A stretch of 63,591 bases of DNA, filler included, from Folioceros fuciformis (Eukaryota): the NCBI GenBank assembly GCA_049999805.1. It is 30 parts of 30 records of this genome, joined end to end, with 100 filler letters (N's around TTAATTAATTAA, not from the genome) between each part and the next. Parts side by side here need not be neighbours in the genome. Positions count along the whole stretch, not along the records: positions 50,847 to 52,795 come from JBNGIO010007072.1; positions 52,896 to 54,981 come from JBNGIO010007073.1; positions 55,082 to 56,544 come from JBNGIO010007074.1; positions 56,645 to 59,350 come from JBNGIO010007075.1; positions 59,451 to 61,246 come from JBNGIO010007076.1; positions 61,347 to 63,591 come from JBNGIO010007077.1; 24 more parts are not named here. One strand, 5' to 3'. Of this stretch, positions 51,340-63,591 are shown piece after piece. The position numbers and the translations under genes were made by a program. Position 1 is the stretch's first letter, and each line of letters begins with the position of its first letter. The notes under the pieces were generated by a model. The model was given only the letters and a program-made list of their open reading frames with translations. It did not search any database and was not told the DNA's origin.

Positions 51340-52260
51340 ACAGGCCTGCCTTCTGGACCTAAGCGGAGTGGACAATCAAGCTTAAGATGGTTAGTTAGAC
51401 CATAGACACCACACCTTACAGGAAGGCCTGGGTAGTCAAAGACCTGAGTGTAGCTCTTTGAAGTTTGCCTGATCATGGACCACCACCCCAGCGGGCAGAG
51501 AGGAGAGGTTGTCTACTCTTACGCCAAAAGGAGGAAGCTTGCTTCTATCAAAAAATCGGGAATCCACCTGTGGTATCTCAATCACCCGTCCAAAGGTCTC
51601 CAGCATCTTATTGATCAGTGGAATAAGTTGCACAGGTAAGGCAGGCATCCGCACCCACACAAAATGCCTCTTGATCTAGGACTGCATGATTGTGCTTCCA
51701 GGAGACCATGCTTCGACCGTCATCGAGGTTGAGCCTCTGAAGGGATGAGTTGTTTGCAGGAGTGCAAGGGCACATGCCGCTGCATTACATTTGACTTGAA
51801 AGGAACCTTCCTCTTTCAGGAAGACGTAAGCGGGGGGACACCCTATGACCGACGTAACCCATTCCTCCAACTCGCCTACAGAAGGCGGCCCTCCAACAGA
51901 GAGCCGCCCCACCACCAAGCTACCCGACAACCGAATCTCCTCTTATTGAAAAACATTTTCCTCTGTAAGGAGGTCCGCTAAAGGACCAAGTTGAATACTG
52001 GCCTCCTCATTCGCCGGAGTCAAGACAGATTTTGTATTGGTGCCCTCATTTGACCTCCCACGAGCGGTGCCATTCTCGAGATTCCGTACGTGAGCCTCCT
52101 CCTCAGGCATTGTTTTCCTCCACCTAAGCTTAGTCGAATTAGTTGCTTCCTCTCCCGCGTTAGGTTTCTGTCCATTCTGCACGCCTGAGCACATATCGGC
52201 CACTTCGGCCCATGTGTGGACTGTCAAGCCCCCCCGTGGGGGGCTCATTGCTTTCACTAA
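51340..52260 (-). mobile_element. Degenerate LINE (L1-type) ORF1 remnant, DUF4283-like region plus zinc knuckle
   Basis: PPSVGELEEWV...EGSFQVKC...VEAWSPG...VWVRMPALPVQL...ETFGRVI...DYPGLPVRCGVYGLTNHLKLDCP, with in-frame stops and a frameshift. Confidence 0.7.
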
Positions 52261-52719
52261 CTGTCAAACCTTCGTCAAGCCATGTCTTGTGCACCGCACA
52301 TCGTCTCCTCCGTGCGACTTCTCATGGATCCTTCTAAAGGTGCTCCCTCATAATAACACATACATGTGTGACCTCCTAGAGTTAGATGACGAGGAGTCAG
52401 AACGCAAGAATCACTCCTTAGCCTGAGCAGCTTGTTTGGGAAACACCCTACCAATATTCAGAATGTCTCACTTAGTCCAACAAGCTAATCCTAAGGTCCT
52501 AAGGTGCAGCAAGCACTCCAACTCCACCAAGCATCTTAAGGGGACAGGAGACCACGATCATGATGAGAATCAGCTCTTAGGCACAATGTGCTACAATACA
52601 AATTGAATTAAAGAGTAAAGAGTACAAGCCTTTATATAGGCTAGGTAGTTAAGTGGTTACAACCATAAGTTGTTATAACGACTAGGTAGTTGCAACTAAT
52701 ATAACAACTATCACGTATC

Positions 52720-52795
52720 ATCAGGCTTGGTCAGCAAGGGTATGTTGAGGGATTATTGGAGCGATTTGGAATGATGGATTGCAAGCCTATTGGGA
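52720..52795 (+). mobile_element. Copia reverse-transcriptase fragment, preceded by an LTR-like segment (about 52290-52720)
   Basis: IRLGQQGYVEGLLERFGMMDCKPIG matches the Copia RT I.L.Q..Y...LL.RFGM..CKP motif. Palindromic AGCCTTTATATAGGCT TATA at about 52626. Confidence 0.65.
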
Positions 52796-52895
52796 NNNNN
52801 NNNNNNNNNNNNNNNNNNNNNNNNNNNNNNNNNNNNNNNTTAATTAATTAANNNNNNNNNNNNNNNNNNNNNNNNNNNNNNNNNNNNNNNNNNNN

Positions 52896-54981
52896 GCAGT
52901 CACCCTTGCACCGAGATGGACCTTCCCGTTTGGAACCTGACTACACCTCTCCGAGGCTTCCACCTCCTTGGCTCCTGCACCTGGCTGTTGTATATGTGCG
53001 AGAAGTGACCCAAGTTGCTGGCTGTTGCCTAGGTCTGTCTCCGCTGGTGCAGAGGGAGGGGTCTTGAGGAACCCTATAGGCCCACATCCTGAACCACAAA
53101 CCGCTTGCCTTCCTGTCAATCCATCTCCCAAGTCACCTGCGGGGCTCTGCTGAGAAGTGGTTTCACCCTGCACCGCTCTTGCACCTGCCATCCTCCTTCG
53201 TTCACGTTCAGCGTCTAATCCTGCCTTCGAGAGGAACTTCCACTGTTCCTGCTGATCCAGGCCTCTTTGCGCTCCCAAGAACTGCTCAGGTTCACCGAAA
53301 CCGCTGAGCAACGCCACACTTCCGCTGCCCGAGCTCGTTCCACCCTCCACAGGCCTATGGGGTCCGTTCTGCTTCAGGAACGGGGACTTGGGCCGATTCG
53401 AGATCTGCTCCTCACCAGTCGCCACTCCAACCCGTTGCGATGGACACCTTCTGTTGCCCCCAGACACAGGCACCTTCCCGTTGCTTCCTCCCTCGTGGCT
53501 TCCCCTCACTGGACGGGAATGAGCAGCTCCTCCAAGCGTTCCAGCCAGCAGCATGTCGGTCGCCCCACCGGGGAGGTGGTGACCCAACTCCCCTCCTCCA
53601 GCCTTTGAGCTGATCCCTTCCAAACCAACATGCTTCCCTGGCTGTTCCTGCTGATCTAGGCCTCCATGCGCACCCAAGAACCGCTTAGGATCACCGAAAA
53701 CACTGAACAGCGCCGCAGTTCCGCTGCCTAAGCACGTTCCACCCTCCGCAGGCCTATGGGCTGCCTTCGAGAGGAACTTCACCAGTTCCTGCTGATCCAG
53801 GCCTCCTTGCACACCCAAGAGCCGCTCAGGTTTGCCGAAACCACTGATCAGCGCCGCCCTTCCGCCGCCCGAGCTCGTTCCACCTTCCGCAGGCCTATGG
53901 GGTCCCTTCTGCTTCAGGAACAAGGACTTGGGCCGATTCGGGAGCTGCTCCTCACCATCTGCCACTCCAGCCCGTGGCGCTGCACTCCTTCTGTTGCCCC
54001 CAGGCACAGGCACCTCCCCGTTACTTCCACCCTCGTGGCTTCCCCTCCCTGAAGGAGAGTGAGCAGCGCCTCCAGACGTTCCAGCCAACAGCCTGTCGGT
54101 CGTCCCACCGGGGAGGCGGTTACCCAAATCCCCTCCTCCAGTCTGTGAACTCGTCCCTTCCACACCAGCATGTTACCCTGGCTGTCCTGACAGGCAAGTA
54201 ACCAGCACACTATTCACGTCTTCGTGGCAAGGAGAAACACCGGCTATAGGGTCCTTACAGACTGAGGGGACTCTGTCCTGCGACTTGCGCCGCAGAGATT
54301 CACCTAGCTTCCTTTCCTTCCTCGCCCCTGCACCCTTATGGTTCTTCCCGCCTAGAACCTGATTAGAATTCGCTGAGAGTTCCAGCTCCTTGGCTCCTGC
54401 ACCTAGTCGCTGCGGTTTTGCGAGACGTGTCGCAGGCTACTGGGAATTAACTGGTCTTGCCTCCGTCGATGAGGAGGGGGTGCTCTTGAGCAACCCTGTC
54501 AGCCCACGACCTGCATCACTAAACACCTTGCCTCCTGCCAGACCGTCTCTTAAGTCACCTGAGAGTCTCTGCTAAGAAGAGGAACCACCCTGCACCGCTT
54601 TTGCACTTGCCAACGACCTGAGTTCGGATTCAGTGTCTACACTTGTCTTCGAGGCAGCCTGCCCCTGCTCCTGCTGATCCAAACCTTCTTGCGGACCGAA
54701 TGATGGGAGGGAACCACTTCTGGAGTCTCGACGTCCATCGGCACAGCCCGGTCCTCCTCCATGTCTTCCTTCCATCTGAGCTCCCACTCTCCTGAAAGCT
54801 TAATTGTGATCGGCGAGGGTAGCAAACCGAAGAAGCCTAGGTGAGCTGTAAATGCTATTCTGATGGCAAGGGTGACCCGGCCTCTACCGAACTTAGCATC
54901 TTTCACTAGGGCCAGTACCTTGGACTCCCCCCATCATCTTTGACTAGGGCCAGCTCCCCCATCATCTTTGACTAGGGCCAG
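52896..54981. repeat. Internally duplicated low-complexity region with a long Gly-rich minus-strand ORF, probably transposon-derived
   Basis: 53221-~53650 recurs at an offset of 540 bp (53761-~54190), and 52958 onward resembles 54380 onward. GLDQQE recurs several times in translation, and a short terminal tandem CCCCCATCATCTTTGACTAGGGCCAG occurs twice. Confidence 0.7.
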
Positions 54982-55081
54982 NNNNNNNNNNNNNNNNNNN
55001 NNNNNNNNNNNNNNNNNNNNNNNNNTTAATTAATTAANNNNNNNNNNNNNNNNNNNNNNNNNNNNNNNNNNNNNNNNNNNN

Positions 55082-56544
55082 GTGTTACTCACTGCACCTA
55101 CCAATTCCACCGCTTTTGATTGTAACCAAAAGTGTTGATCAGCAAAATCAGACGAAGCTGGCTCTGACCTCTCGCTAGCTTCTAGCACTACCCCACAGGC
55201 TGGTCCCAGTGTGTCAATAAGCTCCTGCTTGGCTTCCTCAGCTGTTTTGATCAGACTGCTAGAGTCCTGTTCGTAGTCCCCACTTGCCGTCTCGGCTGAA
55301 GGCAGGAGTTGATGGACAAGAAGCAACAGGAATTCCGCACACCGTAACCTGCATTGCATGGCCCCGTCGTAAGCGACTCACGACAGTTATGCGCGAGAAA
55401 TGAACTGCAAACCCTGCGCGCACAGCTGTTCTACAACCAACCTGGTCTCTTCTTCAGCAGAATTGTCTTTGAGGAGGTTAGCTATTTTACGGAGGCCATC
55501 CAGATGTTCGAACTCCTGACAGAACAAGACTCCAGCCGTCAAAAGAAAGACGATTCAAGTGTGAAGTGCTATGCGGCACGAGCCTGAAGACAGCCTTCAG
55601 AAATGAGATGTTATCATTTAGAGCCCCTATGTTGCTGGTGCACACCTTTTGGTTGACTGATGAATCCATCATAAGCGCCAGCAGAGCATCTAGACACGAA
55701 ACTTGTTTAATGGAACCGTTCGTCAACATGAAGTCCATGATAACCTGCAGTGCACAACATCACTGGATCCACTCGTCAGGAAAGAGCAAAATGGTTCTAC
55801 AGCACTTCACTCAAGACTGCAGCATACTACCTTCACTCCCATGTACCGGGAAGCAAGGAATCTGCTCGAGATATCGATGATACAGCACCCTTCTAACACT
55901 CGCAGAGCCAGAGTAACTTCACGGTCTGAAGGCGAGCTCACTACTTGCGGGGGTTCTTCACATGATATTGGGTCCGAAGGCAACTCCAAAGTCCTCTTAG
56001 GTGGCGCCAACGTGTTGTCAAAAAGGACTGGGATTACTGCAATACCACCAGGATGCCTCGTAGGACTGCGTAGGAAAAGCACTTGCAAGCTTCTTGGGAA
56101 TGCAGCGATAACACATACTCAATGCCTTGTACAACTCCTCAAGGCCCTCAAACCTACCAGCAAACAGCAACAACACAATCTCCCGCTTGCAGTTCTGGCT
56201 CACAAGTGGAACCAGGATCAGGTGAATGGAACAGACGCAACGAGCGTACCTTGCAGATCCGTGTACGTCTGACTCTCGTTGAAGAGTTGTGTCACCTTCT
56301 CAGACTTGGCAGCAGAAGTCAGAAACTTGACTAGCGCCTTCAACCCCTTGATCCGCATGAAGGAGAATTCCGCCTTGGCATCTCGCAGTGCTTGCTTCAG
56401 TGCAAGTGAAACCTCTCGGTACAAGCGCTGGTTGGTGAGGTGAATCACCAGGTCTGCCACGGGCGAGGGCTCCCCTTGGGACGATGATCCGAGAGCAGGT
56501 GGAAGCAGGCCGTCCGCCCATTTTGGACACCTCTGCACAGCTGC
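55082..56544 (-). CDS. ARM-fold protein resembling the Cdc14 septation-initiation-network component family (not the Cdc14 phosphatase); both ends truncated
   Basis: Five exons: QRLYREVSLALKQALRDAKAEFSFMRIKGL; VIPVLF...SPSDREVTLALRVLEGCC; CLDALLALMMDSSVNQK; EFEHLDGLRKIANLLKD; LRCAEFLLLLV. The gene model is solid but the family is recalled from memory. Confidence 0.65.
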
Positions 56545-57089
56545 NNNNNNNNNNNNNNNNNNNNNNNNNNNNNNNNNNNNNNNNNNNNTTAATTAATTAA
56601 NNNNNNNNNNNNNNNNNNNNNNNNNNNNNNNNNNNNNNNNNNNNCCTACAACGCTGAACAATTGAAAGGCGGTCCAAAATGGGTGTCTCGTTCCCAATCA
56701 CGAGGCAGCAACTTTGCTGATTAGCGTGGAGCCAACCAACTGAACCATCAGTAATGTACTCAGGTTGCAATTAATAATCTGGACTTGGAAGTATAGTCTC
56801 TGGCGATAGCGTTCGGTACCTAGAGTCATTTCAGACATATGATACAGGTGGAACATCACATTCCCCAATGGCGGTTAGCAGACACAACTTTGCCAAAAGA
56901 GATCCTGTCGGCTGCACTTGGAAGAGGCAGCTGACATCTCCATCGGCCAACATCCCGACCTCCGATGAAGGGCTCACAGGAACCCCCACTGGAAGGAGTA
57001 GGGAAAAAGGGGTGCCTACTCGTACAGCAAATCAACACAAAAAGAGGCCTCGTGGAACCATGAAAGCATACTTATGATCAGCACACACA

Positions 57090-59034
57090 CTAGAAGAAAT
57101 CGAAGTCCAAGTACGAGCCTGATGAGTTGGCATCCAATTCAGGAGGTGGAGGAGTTGGAGTAGGCTTTTTCTCACTTGCTGGCGTGGACGGCGGAGCTTT
57201 GCTTCCCAGCAGCTCTGGCTCAAACGGCTTGGGGACATCTGGTGGCGACGCACATCTGATTAGAGCCCAGTTGACCCCTTCGAAGAACGGATGCTGCTTG
57301 ATTTCACCAGCTCCCCTCTTGTATGCTAATCTGTGCTGTGGCTCCTTCACCAGCAAACCCCTGATCAAGTCTCTGGCAGCAAAGCTGACACCAGATGATT
57401 CTGGAAACTTGAGGGGCTGCCCTACCACATTGAAGAGAGTGGCACGGTTTCCTGATCCCTTGAAAGGAGTCTTCCCATGCAGCAGCTCATAAAGAAAAAT
57501 CCCAAAGGTCCACCAATCAACTGCGCTACCATGACCTTCACCTTTGATGATCTCCGGTGCTAGGTACTCATGCGTACCCACAAACGACATTGAGCGGGCT
57601 CCGGTAGGCTCCGCTATAAGCTCCGGCAGTGGTGTCACCTGGTTCCCCACTTCGAGTTTGGGTTTGGCCTTGGACTTCTTCGACTTGCTAGATCTTGAGG
57701 GGAAGAAGCGCGGAACAAAGCAGGTGGGTTGCGCGCAAGTGGGAGTCACACAAACCGGTTGCACACAGGAGGGCTCGATGCAATTCGGCTGGGCACAATA
57801 AGCAGGAAGTCTCCTTGAGGGGTCGAAGTCGGCAGACGCAGACTTGACGAGCGTAGGGCTCACCACACACCTCAGTGAGAGATCAAAGTCAGAGAGCATG
57901 ATGTGGCCATCCTCCCTGACAAGCACATTCTCTGGCTTGAGATCCCTGTACACCACACCCATCATGTGGAGGTACTCCAGGGAAAGGAGGACTTCTGCGG
58001 CATAGAACCTAGGACACAGAGGGACAGGTGAGTGACGGAAAGAAATGAGTGAAAGGCATGCATGAGTGATACAGGCAAGGCCAAGGGCAAGCCCGTCATA
58101 CCAGCGCAGCTACCAAATAGAGAGGAAAGTTGCAGTTGTTGAGTGGGATTTTGCAAACAAGTGATAGGGAAGGACAGAAAAGCGGGACATACCGAGCAGC
58201 CTGCTCAGAGAAGTGCTTCCCGGGTTGGCGTTGTCTGAGAGTGTGCAAATCCCCTCCGGTGCAGAACTCCATGACGAGACAGGAAAACTTGGAGGTCTCG
58301 AAGTGGGTGTACAAGGTGGGAAGAAAAGGGTGATCCAAAGCCTGCAGGATTTCCCTCTCAGTCTGCGCCCTGAGCAGCTTCTTCCTGCTGGCAAGCGAGT
58401 TCTTGTCCATGACCTTCATGGCGAAGTAGCTGTTACTGCCCCGCAGCTCGGCGAGGTAGACGCTGCCGATGTCCCCGCATCCGAGGCGCTTGAGCAACCT
58501 AAAGTGGCTGAGGCCGAGGTTACCATCCTGCATCCGGATGGCCCGGATGGCCTCCCACCTGGAGTCATTGGCCTTGTGCGGCTTGTTATCCCGGCGGCTG
58601 AAGCTAGAGCAGCTGCTGTCGTTGGAGTCGCTGACGGCGCTGCTGTTGCTAGCCCGGCTAATACTACTCTTGCGACTCTCGCCTTCCCTGCCGCTCAGCT
58701 TGGCGCCCCCGTCGCTGGTCTTGGCCTCGCTGGATTTGAGGTCGCTCATGGTTCCATCACTGCTCTTGCCGCTGCTGAGGCTGTTCTTGACGCTGCTAGT
58801 CCCTGTGGCGCTGCTGCTGCTCAGGCTGCTCTTGATGCTGATGTCTATGCTGCTAATTGTGCTGAAGCTGGAGTTGGCGTTGGCGCTGGTGTTGGTGGTG
58901 CTGGAGCCAGGCACGAGCCCGGCCGCGTGATGCTGCTTGTGGTTACGGCTGCTGCTATCCCAAGCCGGGTCCGTGACAGCGCTCATATTCTGCCTGCCTC
59001 TACCGTCGAGCAGCGGCCTGTGTGGCATGCTCAT
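57090..59034 (-). CDS. D6PK: AGCVIII (AGC1) Ser/Thr kinase, D6PK-like, 586 aa; exons 59034-58193 and 58008-57090
   Basis: [33 protein letters not shown] in place of DFG, an insertion with repeated CxxP motifs and a basic patch, [14 protein letters not shown], and C-terminal DFDFF. Exons sum to 1761 nt. Confidence 0.95.
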
Positions 59035-60469
59035 CCTCCCCGTGCATCATCCGATCAGCTGAGCTGAGTTGAGGTCAGTCTGAGCTCAGTCCCGGCAGCT
59101 GAAACCCAGCTGAGGTAGGCTGCAGTCAATGCCGGTCGCACCAAGGTCGCCCCTTCCCTTGCCGATGCCGGCAGAGAAGCACAGCAACGATGCCAGGGAA
59201 GAAGGAAGGCAAGTGCTAGAAAAGGGTCGCCTGGCCTCGGGGAGCGGTTGCAGCGAGGGAATGCGCGCAAGGAAGAAAGCAATGACGGGAGGAAGGAGAG
59301 AGGAAGCGAAGGGCAGGCGAACTGCCCTACGGAGGCACAGTAGACGGTGCNNNNNNNNNNNNNNNNNNNNNNNNNNNNNNNNNNNNNNNNNNNNTTAATT
59401 AATTAANNNNNNNNNNNNNNNNNNNNNNNNNNNNNNNNNNNNNNNNNNNNGCCCTGGCTCCCCAATTTCCAATGAAGCAAACAGGAAGGAACCCAGCGCA
59501 TCAAGTCGCCCACCAAACGCTCCAGGAGCCCTGCGGTCCTGCCGTGCCGCCCAAGCCTGCTTCTTCCGTTCCTGTGCCAATCTACGTACGAGCATACGCA
59601 AATCGCGTACCAGCAGCCACCGGGGCCGTGCTTTCCTATTCCAGCCAGGGGCCAGTCCAGTTACATCCACCTTGCTTGCTTTATCTCGACGAGGAAAATA
59701 GTCGAATACATTGGTTTCACCAAATATGGTGTCCTCTTGCCAAGAGACCTGATAAATTCGGATTCCCGCCACGGGACCCCACGACCCTGGAATCCGCCAC
59801 GTCCCAGGGATGGGAGCCAGCAAGTGGGGGAATCAATACATGTCGAAGGGATATTTCTTGGCTGCCTTGTACTGTACTTCAAGGTCCGCCCTGTCCAGGT
59901 TACCTCTTTCAACATCCGCTTGCCCTTCAGGCTTCACCCTCCTGCCAATACGTCTTCATTCCCATGAAACTCCCATATCGTCTGGTGGGCTCTGACGTTG
60001 GACCCCCTGTACTGGCCTATGTATCTCTATCTGTCGTTTTCTCCTCTCTTGACTCGTCTCGTCAGCCTCATCCCTTGTGGGTCTAGCTATATACATACAT
60101 CCTGTGCACCTTTGAATTCAATGCAAGCGCGTCCCCTCTCCGAAGCTTCACAGCAGCAACCTCCTTTCTGCATGGCCGAGCCCACACGACACGACACACA
60201 CTCTATTAAAGGGACTCCAAACAGCGTCACGACCGTACAAGGCGATGCATAAAGACTTGCCCACACCCAACTCCACAGGAGTCTTCACCAAACGACCAAG
60301 TTCATCAATTTTAGAATTTATCATAAAACAAAACTGAATTTATTCCATAGTACCAAGAACAACCCATCCAATAAGAAGTAGCATGCAGCACAGTTGCAAC
60401 GAGATCCAATTCCAAACTGGCCAACTACCTTGAAAATGTCATGGGCAAGGACAAGAAGAATAAGTCTAT

Positions 60470-61175
60470 CATAGTTCACTAAGGACAAATTTCAGCCATG
60501 GGACTTGCTGTAGCATGGTGAACCCAACTACTTGCACCAAGAGCATTCTTCATGATGAAGACGAAGCAAGAAGTCTAGTATAATCTACTAAGGACGAATT
60601 TTAGGGTTCAGGTTTTAAGGTTCATGATCTTGGTACTCCATAACTTGTACTATGGTGAACCTAGCTACTTGCACCAAGGGCATTCCTCCTAAAGGAAGAA
60701 GTGTATTATAGTCCATGGAGGAATTGGGTAGCATCCTCAGCAGGGCAGGGAAGGTGATACCCACTACAAATACTAGCTTAGGTTATGTGTGTCTATAAAT
60801 TGTGTTGGTCAACATACTTAGTCGGGTCCTAGAACCATATTTAACTAATCATGGGCTATTATCCTATAAATTGTGCTTACAAGCATCCTCAGTCTATGAT
60901 GGAACCCAACTACTAACCCTAGGCTATGATCTCAAAAATTGAGATAGCCGCCATCCTCCCTCACGCAATGGAGACCCACAAGCCATCTTATAAATTGTAC
61001 TTACCAACCCCTAAAGTCGAAAAAGAAGACTCTTGACTAAGTCCTCTAAGTCTAAAACATTTTTTCATACTTCTATTAAAGTCCAATAAGGACAAATTTG
61101 CATCACGGACTTTGCATTGAACAACTTATACCATATTGAATGTAGCTACTTGCATCAAGGGCATCCTTCCTTTAA
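60470..61175. repeat. Three dispersed degenerate direct repeats in an AT-rich non-coding tract
   Basis: TAAGGAC(A/G)AATTT...CTACTTGCA(C/T)CAAG(A/G)GCAT recurs near 60480-60550, 60588-60690 and 61087-61170. Confidence 0.6.
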
Positions 61176-61357
61176 GGCATCCATCTAAGTGCTAACCTAA
61201 GTGGAGGATGTCACCTTGCGCAATTTCTAGAATCACAACATTGAGTNNNNNNNNNNNNNNNNNNNNNNNNNNNNNNNNNNNNNNNNNNNNTTAATTAATT
61301 AANNNNNNNNNNNNNNNNNNNNNNNNNNNNNNNNNNNNNNNNNNNNCTCTTTCGCAG

Positions 61358-62523
61358 CAACATGAAGGCTGTGGACATGAAGGCTAATGACGAATGGGTC
61401 AACGTAAGGGTCAAATCTTGTTGGATGATGATTATTGTGGTGCAAAGAAGTTTGACGCGTGTTAGATGCTCTCTACGGATTTTGTCCGTGGTGTTCTTGT
61501 GCATCTGAGCTACTCTTCTTAAGAAATGTAGTGAAAACCTTGCAGATGATAATGGCTGGTGTTCATCCCCAAAGCAGTATCCCATGATTCCAAGCTTTGC
61601 ATTTTTATGAGCTGCTCTGTCAGATGCCTGGTGCATTGTAGTCCATGGGGACTCCCTTAACTGGGCACCACGCGCAGTCATGAAAAGTGCCTACAAAGGT
61701 GTCATCTTCTGGATTGGACAAAAGGATGTGGAAACTCAGGCTACGATGAACAAGGCCATGCAAATGCGGAAGAGGTTCGAGGAGATGCAAACCAAGTGTG
61801 TCGAGCGGGTCGAGCAAGTGCATGGTGCTTATCAGAAAGCCATGAAACGGGTGCAGCAACTGGAGCAGGAGCTTGAAAGCATCAAGAAAGACCAGACAGA
61901 GCTGCAGGAGAAGTACACCGAAAAATCTCGGTAACACTTTGTTTTGTCTGCTTTTGTTTAATTCAGTCCCAAACGTTGCTGATCGCAGACACGTGTTTCC
62001 AGACAAAAGAGAAAGTTGGAGGAGATGTATGAATCGCTGAGGAGCCAGTACGAAAAGGTGAAACGCTCCACCGGACCCCCTGGTCACAACGACCGCCTCA
62101 AATTCAACATGTCAACTCCAGGTCCGCTCCTGTTTCTGTGTGTCCAGCACTAGAGACCTGCCTTCTTTGCGTAAGTGGGAAGCACCCACTTGTTTCAGCA
62201 ATGTAGTACGCACTTTAGCAAATCTAACTGATTTTGCAGACACCAGAGCGGGGCAGTCGCATTTGGCCCCCGACACTCCTATCCAAACTGCTGACATGTG
62301 GCCTCCGCTTCAAAAACCTGGAAATGGGCCAGGTTTTTTTGATGCACATCGGGCACCGTCCCCAGGGAACCGTGTGGGCCTTCGACCCCAACCAAGCTCA
62401 CCTTTCAAACGAGATTCCATCTTCAATCCAGTCGGAGGAAATCCTGCAGACGCCCTCCGCAACCTCCTCATGTCGCCAATGGCCCGTCAACCGTCTCGGC
62501 CTGGCGGATCGGGATTGAGGTGA
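61358..62523 (+). CDS. HEI10: Meiotic crossover E3 ligase HEI10 (CCNB1IP1), 5'-truncated (RING domain missing); exons about 61358-61403, 61546-61576, 61678-61930, 62003-62121, 62239-62523
   Basis: NMKAVDMKANDEWVN-MIMAGVHPQSIMKSAYKGVIFWIGQKD...EQVHGAYQKA...ELQEKYTEKSRQKRKLEEMYESLRSQYEKVKRS...PDTP...DMWP...LRNLLMSP. The last two splice sites and the stop are less certain. Confidence 0.9.
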
Positions 62524-62911
62524 CTCAGGCTATCTCCGTCCATCCGAGGTTTATCCCTGTAGAATTCATTTTTCAGAGGCCCAGGTGCACATTGCTGCCT
62601 CCAATGCTCTTGATTCCACTAGCGGATGATTTGCACGTCATGCCACAGTTCATCAATAAAGCGCGTGAGTTTGGTTGCGTCTCTGAAGTCTCGCATCACG
62701 GCGGGTAGTTTCTGGTGCCCTCTGCAGCCATGGCTGCAGTCCACCAGGATCCGCCGTGGGGCGTATTCCCGCTCACCTGCCTTCAACCCACCCGGGCCCT
62801 TCAAAGCCGGGTGGTGCACCCATTTTTTAAGAATTCCTGTGCTCTCCAGAGAATGTCTGGCTGGAGCTGGATATCCTTCCTCTATTTCCAGGGACGATCT
62901 CCCAAGTGTGA

Positions 62912-63591
62912 GACCTTCGGTTTGTATCGACAACGCTATGTGAGGAAGGGAAGGTCGGAGTGGCCGTGGACGCCCTTGAAGTTCTAGTGGACACAGACTG
63001 CCGAGTCTCGAAATCTGTGTTTTATGCTGCAATGATGGAGTCCGAGGACAGACATGATCTGGCTCTAGGTGACCGTGTTCATGCTCTCATCGTGAAGAAA
63101 GGGTTTGAGTCGGATACGTTCTTGAGCAACCGCATTCTGCGGATGTATGCGTTTCACGGCAGGTTGCGGGAAGCCGTGGGCGTGTTCAGCATGACTGCCA
63201 AGCTCGATGCCTTCACATGGGCTGCGATAATTTCTGCTCATGTGAAGTATGGGCAGGATACGCAGGCCACGGAGCTGTACCATGAGATGAGAAGGTCGAG
63301 CGTGAAGCCAAACATGTGTTTGTAGCAGCTCTTCAGGATTGTGCCAAGGGAGCAGACTTGAGGTCTGGGCAGGAGGTGTGTGCTCATGTTTTGGCAAGCG
63401 GACTTGAGCCTGATTTGTTTGTTTACAGTGGCCTGGTGGACATGTATGCCAAGTGTGGGAGCTTGGAGGATGCTCAGAGAGTGTTTGATGGGCTGGAGAG
63501 GAAGAATCTCGTGACTGGGAATGCCTTGATTACAGGATATAGTCAGCAGGGGATGGGAGCGACCAGCTCTTGGTGTGTACAAGGCTATGAG
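62912..63591 (+). pseudogene. PLS-class PPR gene with frameshifts (pseudogene or assembly indels), 3'-truncated
   Basis: LCEEGKVGVAVDAL, RVHALIVKKGFESDTFLSNRILRMY, DAFTWAAIISAH and LVDMYAKCGSLEDAQRVFD. Frame changes occur near 62920, 63312 and 63562. Confidence 0.8.

Noticed and set aside
58213-59067. Antisense ORFs over D6PK, TIC55 (4366-5277) and the ARM gene (11574-12224)
   Set aside because: These are the expected antisense shadows of GC3-rich coding sequence.

Overview
This window is not contiguous DNA. It is 30 short contigs (about 1-4.6 kb) of a land-plant nuclear assembly, joined by 29 artificial 100-bp linkers (N44-TTAATTAATTAA-N44), so adjacency across linkers means nothing. The genes are GC-rich with many short (about 80-120 nt) GT-AG introns. 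Recognisable genes are a STAR/KH RNA-binding protein, TIC55, a beta-tubulin start, an ARM-repeat protein, a GPI-anchored AGP-like tail, F2KP, a GDSL lipase, KAS III, PDX3/NAD(P)HX epimerase, a VIN3-like PHD protein, a CalS11/12-type callose synthase, a complete 12-exon CysW/SULP2-type sulfate ABC permease, a Cdc14(SIN)-like ARM protein, a D6PK-type kinase and HEI10. There are also two degenerate PLS-PPR genes (one with a DYW:KP-type domain) and several Copia/Gypsy/LINE remnants and tandem repeats. A DYW:KP domain together with a nuclear SULP2 gene points, by inference, to a hornwort. The most noteworthy items are the nuclear-encoded bacterial-type plastid sulfate permease, the DYW:KP (putative U-to-C editing) pseudogene, a probable U12 intron in HEI10, an intron-rich CalS11/12-type gene and an unassigned intronless 471-codon ORF. 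I found no CRISPR array, rRNA or tRNA gene, and no clearly new multi-gene system. Family assignments are from recognising motifs by eye, not from database searches.
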